NCBI GenBank assembly: GCA_013239625.1
Contig: MU056000.1
Coordinates: forward strand, 10,179,175 to 10,243,174
Origin: Lama guanicoe
Lineage: Eukaryota
Direction: 5' to 3'
DNA length: 64,000 nt
Position 1 is the stretch's first letter, and every line of letters starts with the position of its first letter. The translations under genes were made by a program, and so were the position numbers. Positions 39,801 through 53,500 of this stretch are shown here, in pieces. A model generated the notes under the pieces. The model was not told the origin of the DNA. It made no database searches and was given only the letters and a program-made list of their open reading frames with translations.

Positions 39801-42264
39801 GAGTCGATGCTGTGGGAGTGGATGGCGAATGCTGCGTGCGGTGGAAAGGTGGCTCTGGTTGTGGGGTGACAAGTGCAGCATGAGAGTGACACTTCAGGCG
39901 AGGAGATGGGCTCTGTCCCCCTCATGGACCTCTGTGCCATCGGGGGTGGGGTCTAGGGAACAGAAGTGAAGGTCTGCGGGGCAGCGGTCTGCGTTAACCT
40001 CTGGTGTTCCCCAAGCATCTGGGATAGTAGATCCTTGGTGTCTGTGGACTGAATGAATGAAGAAAGTTAAGGAATTCCCTAATTCTGCTAATTAAAGATA
40101 ATTTGGGGCGAAAGTCTCTTTGTGAATTCTGGAGTGGAGAGGGCTGGCCTCACGTGGGAATCGCGTCATCTAACCGGGAGATCTTCATGCAGGAACCAGG
40201 AGCTTTGACTGATGCTGGGGAGCCAGGGGTGGCCCAGAAGGAGATGGTAATTTCAGTGCATGGGAATTGTGCAAGTGTGTGAGATCCTTAAAATAGTAAA
40301 GATTTTGACCACTTGAACAGAAAGAGATGGGTTTCAGGTCCACAGAGAAGCTGTTTCACAGTTCTGCCGTGGGGCCTCGGCTTCTGGCCTCCTGCCAGTA
40401 AGAGTCACCTCCCCGCGGTGTTTGACCCAGCGGCCCCATCCACCCTGAGCCCAGCTCTTACGTGAAGGTTCCTGAACCTCGTTTGTTCTGTGCTCGTTAG
40501 CTCAAGGCAGAAGGACGGATTTTTCTCGTCCCACTCGTCAGGGTCACCATGCAGGCCTCGCTGTGTAACCCTCTGCTGCTTACATTCCCACGCTCACAGT
40601 CCTGGTTGTGCCTCCCGGTGAGAACGGCTAGAGGATTGCTGTCCTTTCTGAGAGCTCCTCATTTGGAATTAGGGAGAACTGGAGGGTGAGTGGTTAGGGG
40701 TTGGGAACCTGCGCATTTATTTTTAGTTTACATATATGTACTAATTACTGTTTCTAAAAACAGATTAGAGCTTTAGCTTTTTAAACTTACATAGTTATCA
40801 AAGGAATAAAGCCAACCACAAAATAAGAATCAACAGAATGCGGTAATCCAATCATAAAGCAGGTAGAGGCTGGCCACTGATCTTGGTGGGTTTGGGGCCA
40901 GCTTTCATTACCTTTTGTCACAGGAACAGAGGCTGTCAGAGTAACCTTAGTAACCACAGCTTGGGAGGAGCTGACAGTTCAATGGTGAGGTTGAAAGACT
41001 GGGGAAGTGGACGGATCTCTTCCCTACAGCGGATGTGGTACTGGGATGTGGGTATGTGAGCTGGCGCCGTGAGCCAGCGGGGCAGGAGCCCAGGGGACTG
41101 GGGTCAATCAGAAGTGAGCAGGGAGCTGAGGTCATCAAGCCCACAGGGACACACGCACTGAGGAGCCGGGATGCCCAGGAGCGGGCAGAACCACGAACAA
41201 AATTCAGGCAGTCTGGGACACCCTACTGTTGACTGCCAGCCCAGTGCCAGGGTCCCCTAAGAAGACAGCGCCCAGGGACTAGCTGGACAGGGGAGACCGC
41301 ACATGTGCACGTGTGTGTATGTGTGTTTCTGTCATGCAATAACTAGACGTAAACTAAATATAACATCTGGACTCGTTTCCCAGATAACATCTTAGACATA
41401 TTAAAGTTTTCCTTAGACAGTTTTGGACTATTTTATATTTATTTTCAAACCAAGAATGGGGAAAATAATTTTTTTAAGTTCAGAAAATTGTGAAAAGGAT
41501 TAACTCCTGTTGGTAGATTGCTGGTTTGGTTGGCATTTGAAGGGCATATCTAAGGTGAGACTATATGAATTATAACCTGCCTGTCTTCTGTCTTCCCTCC
41601 CTCCCATCCTAAGCTTTGTTTTCCTTAAGAAATTTAATGTACTTAGGTGATTAAAACTAGGGTAATATCAGGAGAACTGATTCATATTTTTTTAGAAGGT
41701 ACACAGATGGATGGATAGATGAGGTACAGGTTTAGAAGCCGCCAGCCTCTTCGTGAGCCCTTCTTCACTGATTTTACCTGTACTCCCTCCCGGCCAAGGA
41801 AGCACGCACCTGCCCCTGACCTTTCACGTGCTCTCATGTGGGCTGAGCAGAAGTGCCTCTTGTAAAAGCAGGGTGTTTGCTTCTGTATCATGTGTTTGTG
41901 TAAACTGGCTGAGGTTTTTCGTTCTTGTTTTAAATAGTTTCTTTTTCCCAAGTGAGCATTAGGCTTAGTATACTTTGGAGTGTACTAGAAGCATTTTTAA
42001 AAAGATATTTCTGTATTAAGAGTGATTATATTTTTAGAACAAGCATCATTCTAATTTCAAAATACAGTGATTGAAGATATGGAGAGTTCTGGGCTCCACT
42101 GGAGAGATTAAAGAAGTGTGTGTCAGGGGAGATAATCATTGTCAGGCAGCTGCAAATGCTGGACCTAAAAAGTTCCTCCTCCTTCCCTCAGTCCCCACGA
42201 GCCCACAGATGCATGTTGAATTTTGTGTTGGTTTCATTTCACTGTAAATGTCATGCCATGCACA

Positions 42265-42390
42265 TCACAGAATTTAGAGCTACTGGCCCTGGTGATCATG
42301 TCAGGCCAAGCCCTTCATTTCCAGGTTAAAAAAAAAAAATCTAGCCTCGAAAAAGTTGAGTGACTTGGCAGAAGCTGCAGGAAGCCTAGA
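42265..42390 (-). mobile_element. MIR-like remnant
   Basis: cacagaatttagagct...cccttcattt...aaagttgagtgacttg. Confidence 0.5.
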
Positions 42391-43784
42391 GGTTTAACTG
42401 CTTCACTGCCTGTGACCTGAGGAGGATGCTTCACTTCTGAGCTAATCAAAGAGTGAGGCTGACATCTTCCTTAAGGCGGACTGTTTAAGTGGGGCTTCTC
42501 AGGCTGGGGGAAGGGGCTTCCGTGGAAGCTGCAGTGCCCATCACTGCGGCTACTAAGGAGATTTTTGTTACTTCTTCCAATTCACTGTTGGCATTCACCT
42601 TAGGAATGGATGAGGGAATACGAGGGAGAGGGCGCTGAGTTCTGGCCCCAGCGTCTCTTCACCGCTGCCCCCGCCTCCTTGTCTATGAGCAGCTGAGGGA
42701 GTAGCCGGGCCCCCACTGGACGAGGAAGAAAGAGCATGATTGGTTTCAGGAGTGAAATGCACTCTGAGCATTAGGAAAAAAGTCTCAGGCAGGCTAAGGT
42801 AGCATGAGTATGTGGATTCCTTAATTTCTGATTTTTAACTTTGTGTTTAAATGTTCTTAACAGCATAATACTGAATATCCATCTCAGGCATTGCTGAGTT
42901 CCAGCCTCTAGTAAAAGGTACATTGTCTAAGAGCAGGCCCCCCTTTTGATCTCCCATGTAAGTTTAGCAAATTTCAAATGATGTCCCTTAGTTGTTCAGT
43001 CATTCTTTGTTATAATCACCAAAATACCATTCATTGATTTGATAATCAGAGAAACTCTATCTCAGTGCATTTTTCAGGAGCACTTACTTAAAAGCAGAAC
43101 TAGAAACACAGTACGTCCGTTTCTAGATTGGCATCCACAATGGTTTAAATAACAGCCAACGAGTTGAACAAGGAAGAAACTAAGTGAAACTAGGTTAATT
43201 TGGGTTTCATAGGGAAGGTAGGGTAAGGCAGGGGGAAAATTCATATTTTGCACCTGGAAAATCTGATTTTATATAAAAAAGAACAAATTCAGAATATTTT
43301 AGAATTTCCTTATTTTTCATTTGCTTCATCTAATTGTAGTTTTTTAAACTAAGTACAGAATCAGAAAAGCTAGTTGTTTTATTTCTTGTGCTTAAAATAT
43401 GACTGAGAGGGGACTCTCATTATTATGACTGGAAATATTCCCTGTGCTTTGTCTCTTGAACATAGTAGCTAAAATGGACAGATGGCTGTGTGTTTTCCCT
43501 GAATGTTCTCTGCTTTCAGAGTTCCCAGGAAAAAGAGACCAGCTTAACGTGCTCTTGGTGGTTTTATGTCAGAGGACTTGTGTCATTTTCATAAACAGTA
43601 AATCCTAGTGCTGGAACTCCATACAATACTACAGTCCGTGCTGTGACACGGTGTGATGGTGGATAAAGGCATGTGTTTGGAGTTGAGAAGTTCTTCATTT
43701 GAATCTTTTTTCTAGGTGTTCTTTCTTGGGCACTTAACTTTTCTGAGCCTCCATTTCTTGCTCAATAGAGATAATAATAAAAAT

Positions 43785-44112
43785 CTACTTTCTTTTTTCT
43801 ACTTTCTTGGGGAGAAATGTGTTTTGGAATTAAGAATTTCTCAAAGTTGAGAAAGATAACAGAGCACATGCACTGTGATATGTAATACTCTAGGGGGATC
43901 TGAGAGCCGCCCCCCCTCCCCCAACGGTGAAGTGCATGGAGATTTCTGCAACCAAATGTACAGGGACTCACACTAAAGGGATCGATAAAGACTATTAATA
44001 GCCTCAGGTCAGGTCTTTACTGCCAATTAATTTTTGTGACCAAGTCTTGAAAAAATATTTGGAATTTCAGAGCTTTTTTAGCTTTTTGTGAAAAAGGAGT
44101 TATGAACCTGTA
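43785..44112. mobile_element. MER96B-like DNA transposon
   Basis: tgtgttttggaattaagaattt...atttctgcaaccaaatgta...cacactaaagggat..ataaagactattaatagcctcaggtcagg...tcagagcttttt...gaacctgta matches the recalled consensus. Confidence 0.7.
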
Positions 44113-46427
44113 TTGCGCTCCCAAGCACAGCACAGAATGATCTCTCAGTAAGTGATGCTGGAGACAGTGATGTGGTGCATGGTGGTGTTCTAGTACATAC
44201 TTGAAATAAACAGCTGTGTATTTTCAAGGAAAAATGTCATTACGTTGTTCTGTACATTGTGTGTTATTGAAATGGAGGTCCTTGAGAATGAGTCTCCCAT
44301 TTGACTAGGGTTTAGTATTTAGTCATAAATTCTTAAATAGTGGTTACTTAGAAATATTAATCCACAAAACTTAGTGAAAATTAGGTAGTGGGGGCTGATG
44401 ACAGAAAATTACTTTAGAGACAGGTTGCACGGGATGGCCAGGCCCTTCCTCGTGATGGAGGTGGAAGGCGCCAGTGGCCAGTTCCTGAGGCATTTGGTCC
44501 TGGTGTGGTTGTGTGTGCTGGCTCACCTACCCCCCGTTTTGCTGTCTGTCATAATAGTGTCACTTCATCAGGGTGTTTTACCCAACAGCCTCAACTGTTC
44601 TGAAGCAGAAACAGCTCTTTCCTTCCAGACCTCCGCATGCTGCCTGCATACCTGCCGTGCCCGGTGAGGAAAAGAGGCCGCGCAGACTGGAGGTTCAGAG
44701 GATGGACCTTGCCTCCGGGCCCAGGTCCACAGACTGGCTCTTCCCCATGGTGGCCGAGGGTCCTTGGCCCTGTGTCTTCATCTGTGGCCCAGGGTCATGA
44801 TGCAGCCCCCAGCCCAGCTCTCTGTGAGGACCGATGGTGTAGGTCCTAGCCTGCCTCAGTGGCCAGGGCTCAGGCAGACTGCAGTTTCCAGTGAAGAAAT
44901 GAGCAGATCAGACGTGCCATCATCATGCTCACTCTTGCAGTTACGTGACAAATGGGGAGTGAAACTCAACAACCTGTGAGGTTTCCTGACATTTTGCCTT
45001 AGCTGCTGAGATGGTTATCTGTGTTTAAAGTGTTGGTGGCTCGCTTTGGAACGACCTTGATCTTGGGGCGATCTTGGTGCCCATTAGAAGGCGCTGGTGT
45101 ACAGAGGACCAGGCTTGTCTCACTTCCTCTGAGCAGGGAGGAGGCGACGTTGGCCCTCCAGCCCTGCTCCTGCCTGACAACCAGGTAGCCCACGGGGAGG
45201 ACCGGCTTTTGCCCTTCTCCTCGAGCCAGCAGCAGAGCAGCAGGTCCTGGGCTGGCCTGGAGGTCACAAGGCAGGGAGGTGACAGCTGCCACCACTGCTG
45301 AGGTCGGGAGGGGGCCAGCCGGACTAGCTGGATGGAGCCCCTGATGTGCAGATATTTTCCTGTTCTAAATGGAAAGAGTCCACAAGCTTGTCTTTCAAAT
45401 GCTCCTTGGACAGGTCTAGTTGTTCAGGATTCCTTGGCAGTTGGGGGAATGTTCTCAGACTTAAGAGAAGCAGAAGCCTCGTGGGCAAGTTTGGTTTTGA
45501 ATATGAGCTCGATTTCATAATTGTCTGCTACTGTTTTTAAACAGCGCTTGGAATTTGTACACTCTTCTTTGAACTACTTTCTTGTTTGTTGAGATTTCAC
45601 CTGGTATTTACAGTTCTGTCTAAAGGAACCACTAATAAAACAAAAATCGTAACCCTTTTGTAACCCTCAGTGGTTGGTTCATAATAGCTTTTATTTCTTC
45701 TGCTTCCTGAAGCACTTTTCTTAGGCTTAAAAAACAAAGTTTTATTTTTTCAGAAAGGCTGTATTTTGCTTCCTCTAGCACTTTCTACCAAATAGTGTTT
45801 ACTTTTTACTTTTTGAAGTTGTTCCCTTACTTCAAGACTGTATTGAGACTTGAAGGAGACGTGAGGGCAAGTATCAGTAATCACCATCAGTAGTCATCAG
45901 GTTTGCTGTTTACCAAACCTTGGTTTTTTTCTTTTTAAGGTATTGTTGAGGAATATATAGAATATGCTACAGTTGTAGTTAAAAGGACGTCTCCCAGCCC
46001 CTTCACGCAGATCTGATAGCATACGTATAACTTAGATACCTCTCAGCTCTTTTCAGGCTTCATGTAGTTGGTCCTTGTCTTCTGCCTGGTACTGGCCTCC
46101 TGCCTAGAGGCACATTCGGTTAACTGTATCCATTCTTTGAAGTTGAGACATCTTAAAGCTGTCATTGGGCATTTCTCTAGAAGTGAAACGGGACTTGTGT
46201 TTTATAATAGGCACTAAGAGACTGGCCCACAAACAGCTCAGCAGTTGGATGTCAGCCTAGACGTCAGGTGGTGAACGTGATTATTTACTAATGGTAGTAT
46301 GAAAGATCTCTCTTTCTCTCTTTTTAATCTCAAGAAAGAAGAATAATGTACTAAATGCACTGGTTAAAAAGCAATGGAATGTCCATAACCTGTGCTGTCA
46401 AAGCACTTAATGCTAGATGGAAGCCCC

Positions 46428-46490
46428 CATGGGTTATGGTTTATGGATGAGGGGTTATGGGTGGGGGCTATGGTTTATGGGTGGGGTTGG
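46428..46490 (+). repeat. G/T-rich degenerate tandem repeat (ggttatgg/gggtgggg)
   Basis: atgggttatggtttatggatgaggggttatgggtgggggctatggtttatgggtggggttgg. Confidence 0.6.
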
Positions 46491-47194
46491 CTCACGTGCT
46501 GTACTCACCATGTGGGGACAGTAAGGTGCTTAACGTAAATTTCATTGAAAACTCACAGTCCTCCACCGTTATTGTCACCACTGAGCAGGTAGGAAGCTGC
46601 AGCTCAGAAAGGATGCTGGATGTCTGTGGTGCAGGGGGCCAGAAATGAAGGGTTAACGAGGGAGCTTTTGGGAGGACTGGGAGGACTGGAAGGCTGAGGT
46701 GACTGACAATACACATGGATCTAGTAGGAATTACTCTGTGACCCCGGGTGACTAGCAGAGTGGTGGTGGTGATAGAGCGATTCAGAAATGAACTGTAAGA
46801 ATAAGGTAAACATATACCTTTAGCCCGAACACCCGCCCAGGGCCAGACTTCCATACCTACCCGACCCTCCCACATGTGCACACATGTGCACACACTCACA
46901 CACACCTCTGCTCATGCTACAGGGGTCTTTACAGAGGATTCCCAGAGATTTATTCAGGTTCACAAGCCATTTTATTTAAATGTGCTGCCAACTTTGCTAA
47001 ACCCTGTGGAAAAAGGACCCTCTGTTTGGAGCAGAGGGGGACAAATTGAGGTGGACAGCAGGCTCTGGTCCTACCAGCTGCCTCTTTTTTCCCTGGATAT
47101 CTGTCAGCACAGCTGATCTCTCTGCAGTGCGGGTAACAAAGGGCACAGGATCCTTTTTGTAGCGATGAACCTCACATTAAGGCCCCTTTTGTTT

Positions 47195-47372
47195 ATTTTT
47201 TTTTTAACTGAAATAGTTGACAGGCAATATTATGTTACTGTCAGATGTACTAAATAGTGATTTGACATTTGCATATGTTATGAAATGATCTCCATGACAA
47301 ATTTAGTATCCATCTGTCCCCATACAAAGTTACTACTAACTATGTTCACCACGCTGTAAGTTACACCCCCAC
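47195..47372 (-). mobile_element. Short LINE-1 3' terminus
   Basis: T-run followed by aactgaaatagttgaca..atattatgtta...tagtgatttgacatttg. Confidence 0.75.
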
Positions 47373-48418
47373 CCTGAGGCCTCTGTAATTTTGCTGTTAG
47401 TGGAGTGCTGTGACTGGTCCACTTCCAGGCTGCCCTCTAGACCACGGTCCTAGCTGTAAGGCCTCAGTGGGTTCTTTAGTCCAGGATCGGTTTGCTCTGT
47501 AGGCTTAGTTACCATGGTTACTAATTACAGAGTGCGAGGCAGCCTACAGTACTTTGCAGCATGTTAACGAATGTCTTCAGATACTTAACATAGGTCTTAA
47601 ATAATTTCTTTTAGTATAAGTTTTAGCTACAGATGTCACTGGCTTAGTTTTTTGCTGTTACCCACTCTCCAGCAGAAAGAGACAAAATGTATGTTTGATG
47701 TAGTGTAAATATTTTGTTTGATGTTGTCAGTGCTTTGCGATTTCTCAAGTAAAATAGCCAAAGAACTGCTTAGTCCCAGAATGAACTTAAAAACATCAGG
47801 TCACCCTACTTTACTTTTACTCTTTTTCTTTAGTAGATTTCAACTAACAAGAACTTGTAAGTAATTAAATTCATGGAATGTTTAGCTTTCACAACAGCTT
47901 GGTTTGTAGAATAAATTATCCTTAAAGACATAGAGGCATTTAAATGTTTTGTTTTCTTGGGTTTTACTTATATGTTTTGAATCTTATAAAGAAGAGACAG
48001 AAAAACATTAACTCTGTAGTTAAACTTGAACTGCCTGAGTTCTGAAGCTTTGAACCATATAAAAATGTTAAGTTAAATTGGTCCTCTGTGGCTTGATAAC
48101 TACTGTCTTATACAAAAGCCAGGCCGTGTTGTGGCTTAGTCATGCGTTAGACGAAGTGAGATTTAATTTAATCATCGTTGTATGTAACATTTATATGCAC
48201 ACAGATTTGCGCTGTTTAAGTAAGAGCTGATTAAAATCATGGTGGGAAAGCTGGCAGATCTAATTCTTAACCTGTTAAACTAGTGTCCCATTGCTCACAA
48301 TTTTGTTTTCTCCTTTGCTTCTTGTTTCTTACAGAGCTTTGGTAACAGAATGCATCTTCCACGGTTAGCCCAAGGCGGCCGTTGTTTTTATGGCGTCTGT
48401 GTCTGTGTTTCCTTGTAG

Positions 48419-48541
48419 GTACTGGACTGGATTGAGAACCACGGAGAAGCATTTCTGAGCAAACACACAGGTGTGGGGAAGTCTCTTCATCGGGCCCGAG
48501 CTTTGCAGAAACGTCATGAAGATTTCGAGGAAGTAGCACAG
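48419..48541 (+). CDS. TRIO: TRIO coding exon (~exon 10), spectrin repeat
   Basis: ccttgtag|GTACTG...GCACAG|gtaaaa, 123 nt; VLDWIENHGEAFLSKHTGVGKSLHRARALQKRHEDFEEVAQ. Not in the ORF track (read by hand). Confidence 0.96.
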
Positions 48542-48939
48542 GTAAAACGATGGCTTGTACTGTCTTTTCCCGTAAACACCTACATGGTTAGTTTTGAATT
48601 GCAGTTTTGACACCATCTGAGATGAGTTAGCCGTAGCCGGCAGTGTCTGAAGGTGACTCAGAAGTGATGCCTGAATTTCGGAGTGCGGTTGTCAGTGTCT
48701 GGGCAGAAAGATGGTTTAGTCCATTGACCTTGTTGTGAAATGTGATGTTCTTGAACCTGAAGAATGTCTTAGATGTTTTTGCCATATTTATTGTGCCAGT
48801 GTCTATTGACTAGCTTGTGAAATTCCAGTTCGTGGTCAGAAATTAACAGTCCTTCTTGCATTTCTGTAGCGATGGGCTAGCATGACTTGTCCCTTTGTTA
48901 CTTCTGTTTTAAAAGATGTGCTTCGAAACGGGAGGTAGG

Positions 48940-49170
48940 GGTTGTGGTATATTCAGAGCCTGGGGTTTGTGGCGTTCCAGTATTGTCGTCTGCAATGCTA
49001 ACCAGCTGTGTGACTTTGGAAAAGTTTCTTAGTCTTCCTGCGGTTTAACTTTTTCATCTGAAAAATAGGCACAGTGAGGGCTGCTTGAGAGAAGTAAAGT
49101 ATGTGTGTGTGGTTGCATCATGTAAGGTACCCAGCCCAGGGCTTTCCAGAACTCACTGCTGTTTGGCAAA
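48940..49170 (+). mobile_element. MIR SINE
   Basis: accagctgtgtgactttggaaaagtttcttagtcttcct...tttttcatctgaaaaatagg. Confidence 0.7.
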
Positions 49171-49246
49171 TGTGCCTTTCATTTTGTTTTGTGTTTTTGT
49201 GTTTTGAAAGAAAGATGAGTGAAGGAGGGAGCAATGACCATAACAT

Positions 49247-49248
<2 letters not shown>

Positions 49249-49281
<33 letters not shown>
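49249..49281 (+). repeat. (AT)n microsatellite
   Basis: About 16 AT units. Confidence 0.9.
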
Positions 49282-49283
<2 letters not shown>

Positions 49284-49339
49284 AAGCTATAGGAGGTAGG
49301 GTAAAAGTTCTTTTAAAAAGAAGTTGTAGGGTGAATGCA

Positions 49340-50520
49340 AATTGAGACATATTATGGTAAAACTGAGGAACACCAAAGGCAAAGTCTTAACAACGAGAAG
49401 AAAGAAATGACAAAATCACACCTGCGAGAATGACTTTGAGGAAGACAGCTGACTTCTCACCAGGAACCACAGATTGTGGAAGACAGTGGAGTGCAGTCCT
49501 GAGGGAAAGTACCTCTGAACCACACCCAGCGGAACAATCACTCAACAGTCAGGATGAAATACATAGACTGAGACTGAGAGAGTTCACCACTCAGATACTT
49601 GCCAAAGAGCTGGAGCGTTCAGTTTAGTCAGGGTAGTGGAAGCACCCACCGTAACATCAGCACCATGAAAACAAGGACTTTGTTTGGTTCTGTCTCTGTC
49701 TCTAGTGCTGAGAACAAGGCTACCTGGTGCAGGTAAGCGTGCAGCAGTATTTGTTGAATGAATGACTTAAGTGAATAAAAAAGGAGCTACAAGAAGAAAG
49801 GACTGGGCACAGAGTTCGGTAAATATGTTTGTGAATCAAAGGATTGACCCGTTAGACAAAAGGCGATGGATTTGGGGGCAGAGTTAAAACAAGAAGGAGC
49901 CAAGCAGCAGAGCACTTGAGCACGGAGGACAGAGAGGGGTCCCAAGGAGAGTGGTAGGAGGCGCATTTATCTAAGATTTGTAAATTCAGCTGTACATGTT
50001 TGCGTCTTTGAAAGACTCCTAAAAATACAGGAGTAGAAAGCACCCCTTCCCATGAGTATAAAGGGAAAAGAAATAGAGAAAACCAGATAGATAAAAACTC
50101 ATGAAAACGGGTCCAGTGGAAGCAAAAGGAAGGAGAAGAACAAAAATCATGTTAGAAAATCACAAAATGAGATGCAGTAATTTGTCCACGAAGAGTGGGA
50201 ATTACAGTAAATGCAAAGTAGATTATACTTGCTAAGAGAAAGAGTCTCTGATTGAATAGTTCGTGGAAAATCATGCTGTGTATTGTTTTCCAAGGGCACA
50301 CCTCAAACCTCAATGCGCAGGAAGTTGGAAAGTATGTAAAGCATTAGAAGAAAGGTCCACCAGGCAGATGTTAACCAAATGGAAACTGGTGCAGGGATGT
50401 TGGTATGAGGCAAATAGACCTGAAGGCATAAAAACATTGTTAGAAATAAAGAAAACCTTCCGTTATAAAAGGAAGACCATTGATGTACGTCTAACAACAT
50501 AGTCTCAACATTTCTAACAC
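49340..50520 (+). mobile_element. Ancient L1 ORF1-end / ORF2-start remnant
   Basis: acagctgacttctcaccaggaacca...gaagacagtgga; ctgagagagttcacca (ORF1-like); aattacagtaaatgcaaa...tgttttccaagggcacacctcaa (endonuclease-like); A-rich on the + strand. Confidence 0.6.
49650..49775 (+). mobile_element. L2 3' end
   Basis: ccatgaaaacaaggactttgt...cctggtgcaggtaagcgtgcagcagtatttgttgaatgaatga. Confidence 0.7.
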
Positions 50521-53500
50521 AGAAAGAGCAGAAGCAAAGCACAGCTGGTGTCTGTGGGTTTCTTATGACGGAGGGGTCAGTTGTGCGCTGGGTGAGTCGG
50601 GGAACGTGTGCGAGGTGGAATCGTGGGATAAGAGAACGGCCTGGACTTCAGTCCTGTTCAGTGAAGATGCCCTTAACAAGTTACCCTTTTTACAAGCCTT
50701 CATATGCAAAATGGCAGTCCCCACTCTCCGCTTTGGAAAAGGCAGCCTGGCCACACCCCTGGATGTGGCTTTTCCTCTGGATTTTCCTTAGCTACATTCT
50801 TTGTGATCTCCCTACTTATGCTGGCTGGAAAATATTTTGCCTTTCCCTGGGAGCAGAAGAAATGTGGAAAATGTGCTCTTATCTTCCCTTAATTTTTTCC
50901 ATAAGATAAGCTACTGCTGTAGCCATGTGGTTTGGGGATGGATGTGAAATTTGGATCCTTTGAGCGAAGATGTTAGGCACCAAAGGACCCAGGAGGCGGG
51001 ACAGCAAACAGCCAAGCCCCAGAGGAGGCTCCTGCCCTGAGTAGCAAGTTCACCCGTGACCGTGGGCTCGACCGCCCTGGCCCCTTCCTGGAGCCTTCCT
51101 GACCGTGCTCGAGAGGGAAGGTGCTGGTCTACGGAGTGTCCCCATGTACGTCCAGCACCCTTCCCTCCAACTCCTGTGCAGGGAGTTCTGTTCTAAATTA
51201 GGGAAATACCTTCTGTAGCTAACCTTGCCCTGTCTTGATGGGGAACTTACCTCCTCAGATCTGACATGACCAGCAGAGCTGTCAGCACGAGTGCTCAGGG
51301 GGCAGCAAGAATGAGACACTTTCTTTGTAGGAAACGTGTCTGCCTTTAAGTTTCCAGGGTAAGCCACGGGGTACAGCGGCACCCTGAGCGGAGGCCTGCT
51401 TTTGGCCTCGGCTCAGAGAAAGTCAGGGGCTTGTCTGCTCCCGCCTCTCCCCAGCAGAGTTCCACAGCTTCCTTCTCGTCGTCTGCGTTTGCGCATTGTC
51501 CCTGGGATCCTAAGGGGACCTGACCTTCTTTCCCTTAAACTGAACGTCCTTAAGCACAATCTGAACTGAGCATGAAAACAAAAAACCTTAAATACCAACA
51601 CGTTTTGCCCACTTTGCAAACATCTGCACCCAGTTTCCCTCCTCCTGGTTTTCCTATCATCATCATCATCATCACGTGTTAGGCATTCTGCCAGGCACTA
51701 GGGGCCAGGCCCAGACCTCCTGAAGGGGCGTGGCTCCCTGTCAGAGAGGGCCTGGTGGTTCTTGCTCTGTAAGCCAACACTCGCAGATTGGTAGAATTCA
51801 GCTTGGTGACACAGAAAGAAGAGGACGTTAGAGGCAGCAGGCTTGGGGGTCAACAGTTCAGATCATTGGGCAGTACGGCCACCTGGCCTGTGAGGCTGGA
51901 GTGATGGCTGGGCCCCGGGGAGCCCCGTGCAGACACCCAGCCTCTCCTCTCTGCCGACCCCTCTCCTCTGTAGCCGAAGAAATGTGAAAAATGTGCTCTT
52001 TTTCCCCTCAGTTTTCCCGGGGGCGGGCCCTGAGCTCTCCGCCCTGTACCTGGCCGTGCCCTCCTCTCCCCAGTCCTCTCTGCCTGCAGTCCTCCTGCCC
52101 CACTGCCAGCCCTGGCCCTGCAGGTCTGGCCTCTTTCCCTACCATCTCCAGATTCTCTCTCTTTGCTGCTTTTCCTTCGGGCCCAAAATATTTACAGACC
52201 CTCCCTTCTCTTAAAGAACAGCTCTCCATTCTGCTGTTTTTTGGATACCGGTTGGAGTGTTGTGCCACTTTACCTGCCTCCCCCTGTTGCTGGCTGTCCA
52301 GCTTCATGCATCTGTGTGTGATGACACTGCAGGAAGCAGGTGCACAGCGACATGCTGAGGCCTGGGGTGGGCGTCCATCAGTAGGTTGTAGTGGGTCTCA
52401 ACTGGGATCAGCCACTCACGTAATGCCTCTCTGCTCGCTCTAGAGCGAAAATCTCTGATCCCTTCTGTCCACAGATGCGTGTCCACCTCAGTGTGTGTGA
52501 GATAGGCCCTGAGGGGTCGATGATGGAGCTGGAACCCCGCGCACACCAGCCCGTGTGGGCATCATGCATCACTGGACCACCGCAGGCTGGCTCTGGAAGG
52601 AGTTTCTCTGCCTCAGTCCATCAGATGGTGCAGGCAGAGGAACCGCCCTAGACGATCAGACAGATTAGATTTGCTGAGGTGGAGAGGGGGCCGTAAGGCC
52701 TGAAGAAATAGGATGGACTTCTCTCTCCAGCACCCCCCACCTTGTTTAATAAAGCTCCTTCGAGGAGGGCGGGGGGAGGAGGATAGTGTTTTAAGCCAGA
52801 AGAGACCTAGGCTATGAAGCAGCTCCAGAAGGAACTGGGCAGCAGATCTGGTCTACACCAACCGGGGCCTCCGTGTCGAGCCCGGTTACGCTCTGTGTTG
52901 GTTGCTTCATTCATGGAAAGCAGCCTGGCTCTTCCCTGAGAGGAAGGATCGGCAGTCTTGCTGTAGCAGAGGGAAGAGAGGCCCATGCCTTCACCGACCT
53001 CCCTCTCCTCCCTCTGGCCTGACTGCTTTCTGTCAAAACAAAGTATAGTAGAAGTCTTACGGCAGAGTAGGTCTAAGGTCGTATAGTAGACGTATGTATT
53101 TTTTGGACAGGATGTGCTCTGGAGGCACCTTAAATGGGAACAGAGGCATCTTTAATGCTTAATAAGGAGGCTTTTTTCATTTTCTCAGACATACGAAGGT
53201 GAAACAAACTTTGGTTCTAGGGAAAAGAAATTTTCCTTTCACAGTGTAAGATTGGTTCGTATGTATCTTGGGGTTGTGTTTTGAAGGATCCTTTGTAAAA
53301 TGAATTCTCAGTTGTCTTCAGTGTCAAGATTTTGAATTAGCCATTTATTTAATGAATTTTTCTTACAATCAACTTCTTCCAAAGAGTGTTGTGGCGTGAA
53401 GTGACATAGAGATTCAGAAAGGAAGTAGTGAAAGTCTTGTGGTTGATTTCATTTCACATGTACTAAATGTATCAAATATAGGTTATTCTATAGAATAATT

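Noticed and set aside
39463..39969. 168-aa and overlapping ORFs (also 13716-14234, 60831-61382, 62309-62773)
   Set aside because: No recognisable domain, intronic, and of a length expected by chance, especially in GC-rich DNA.
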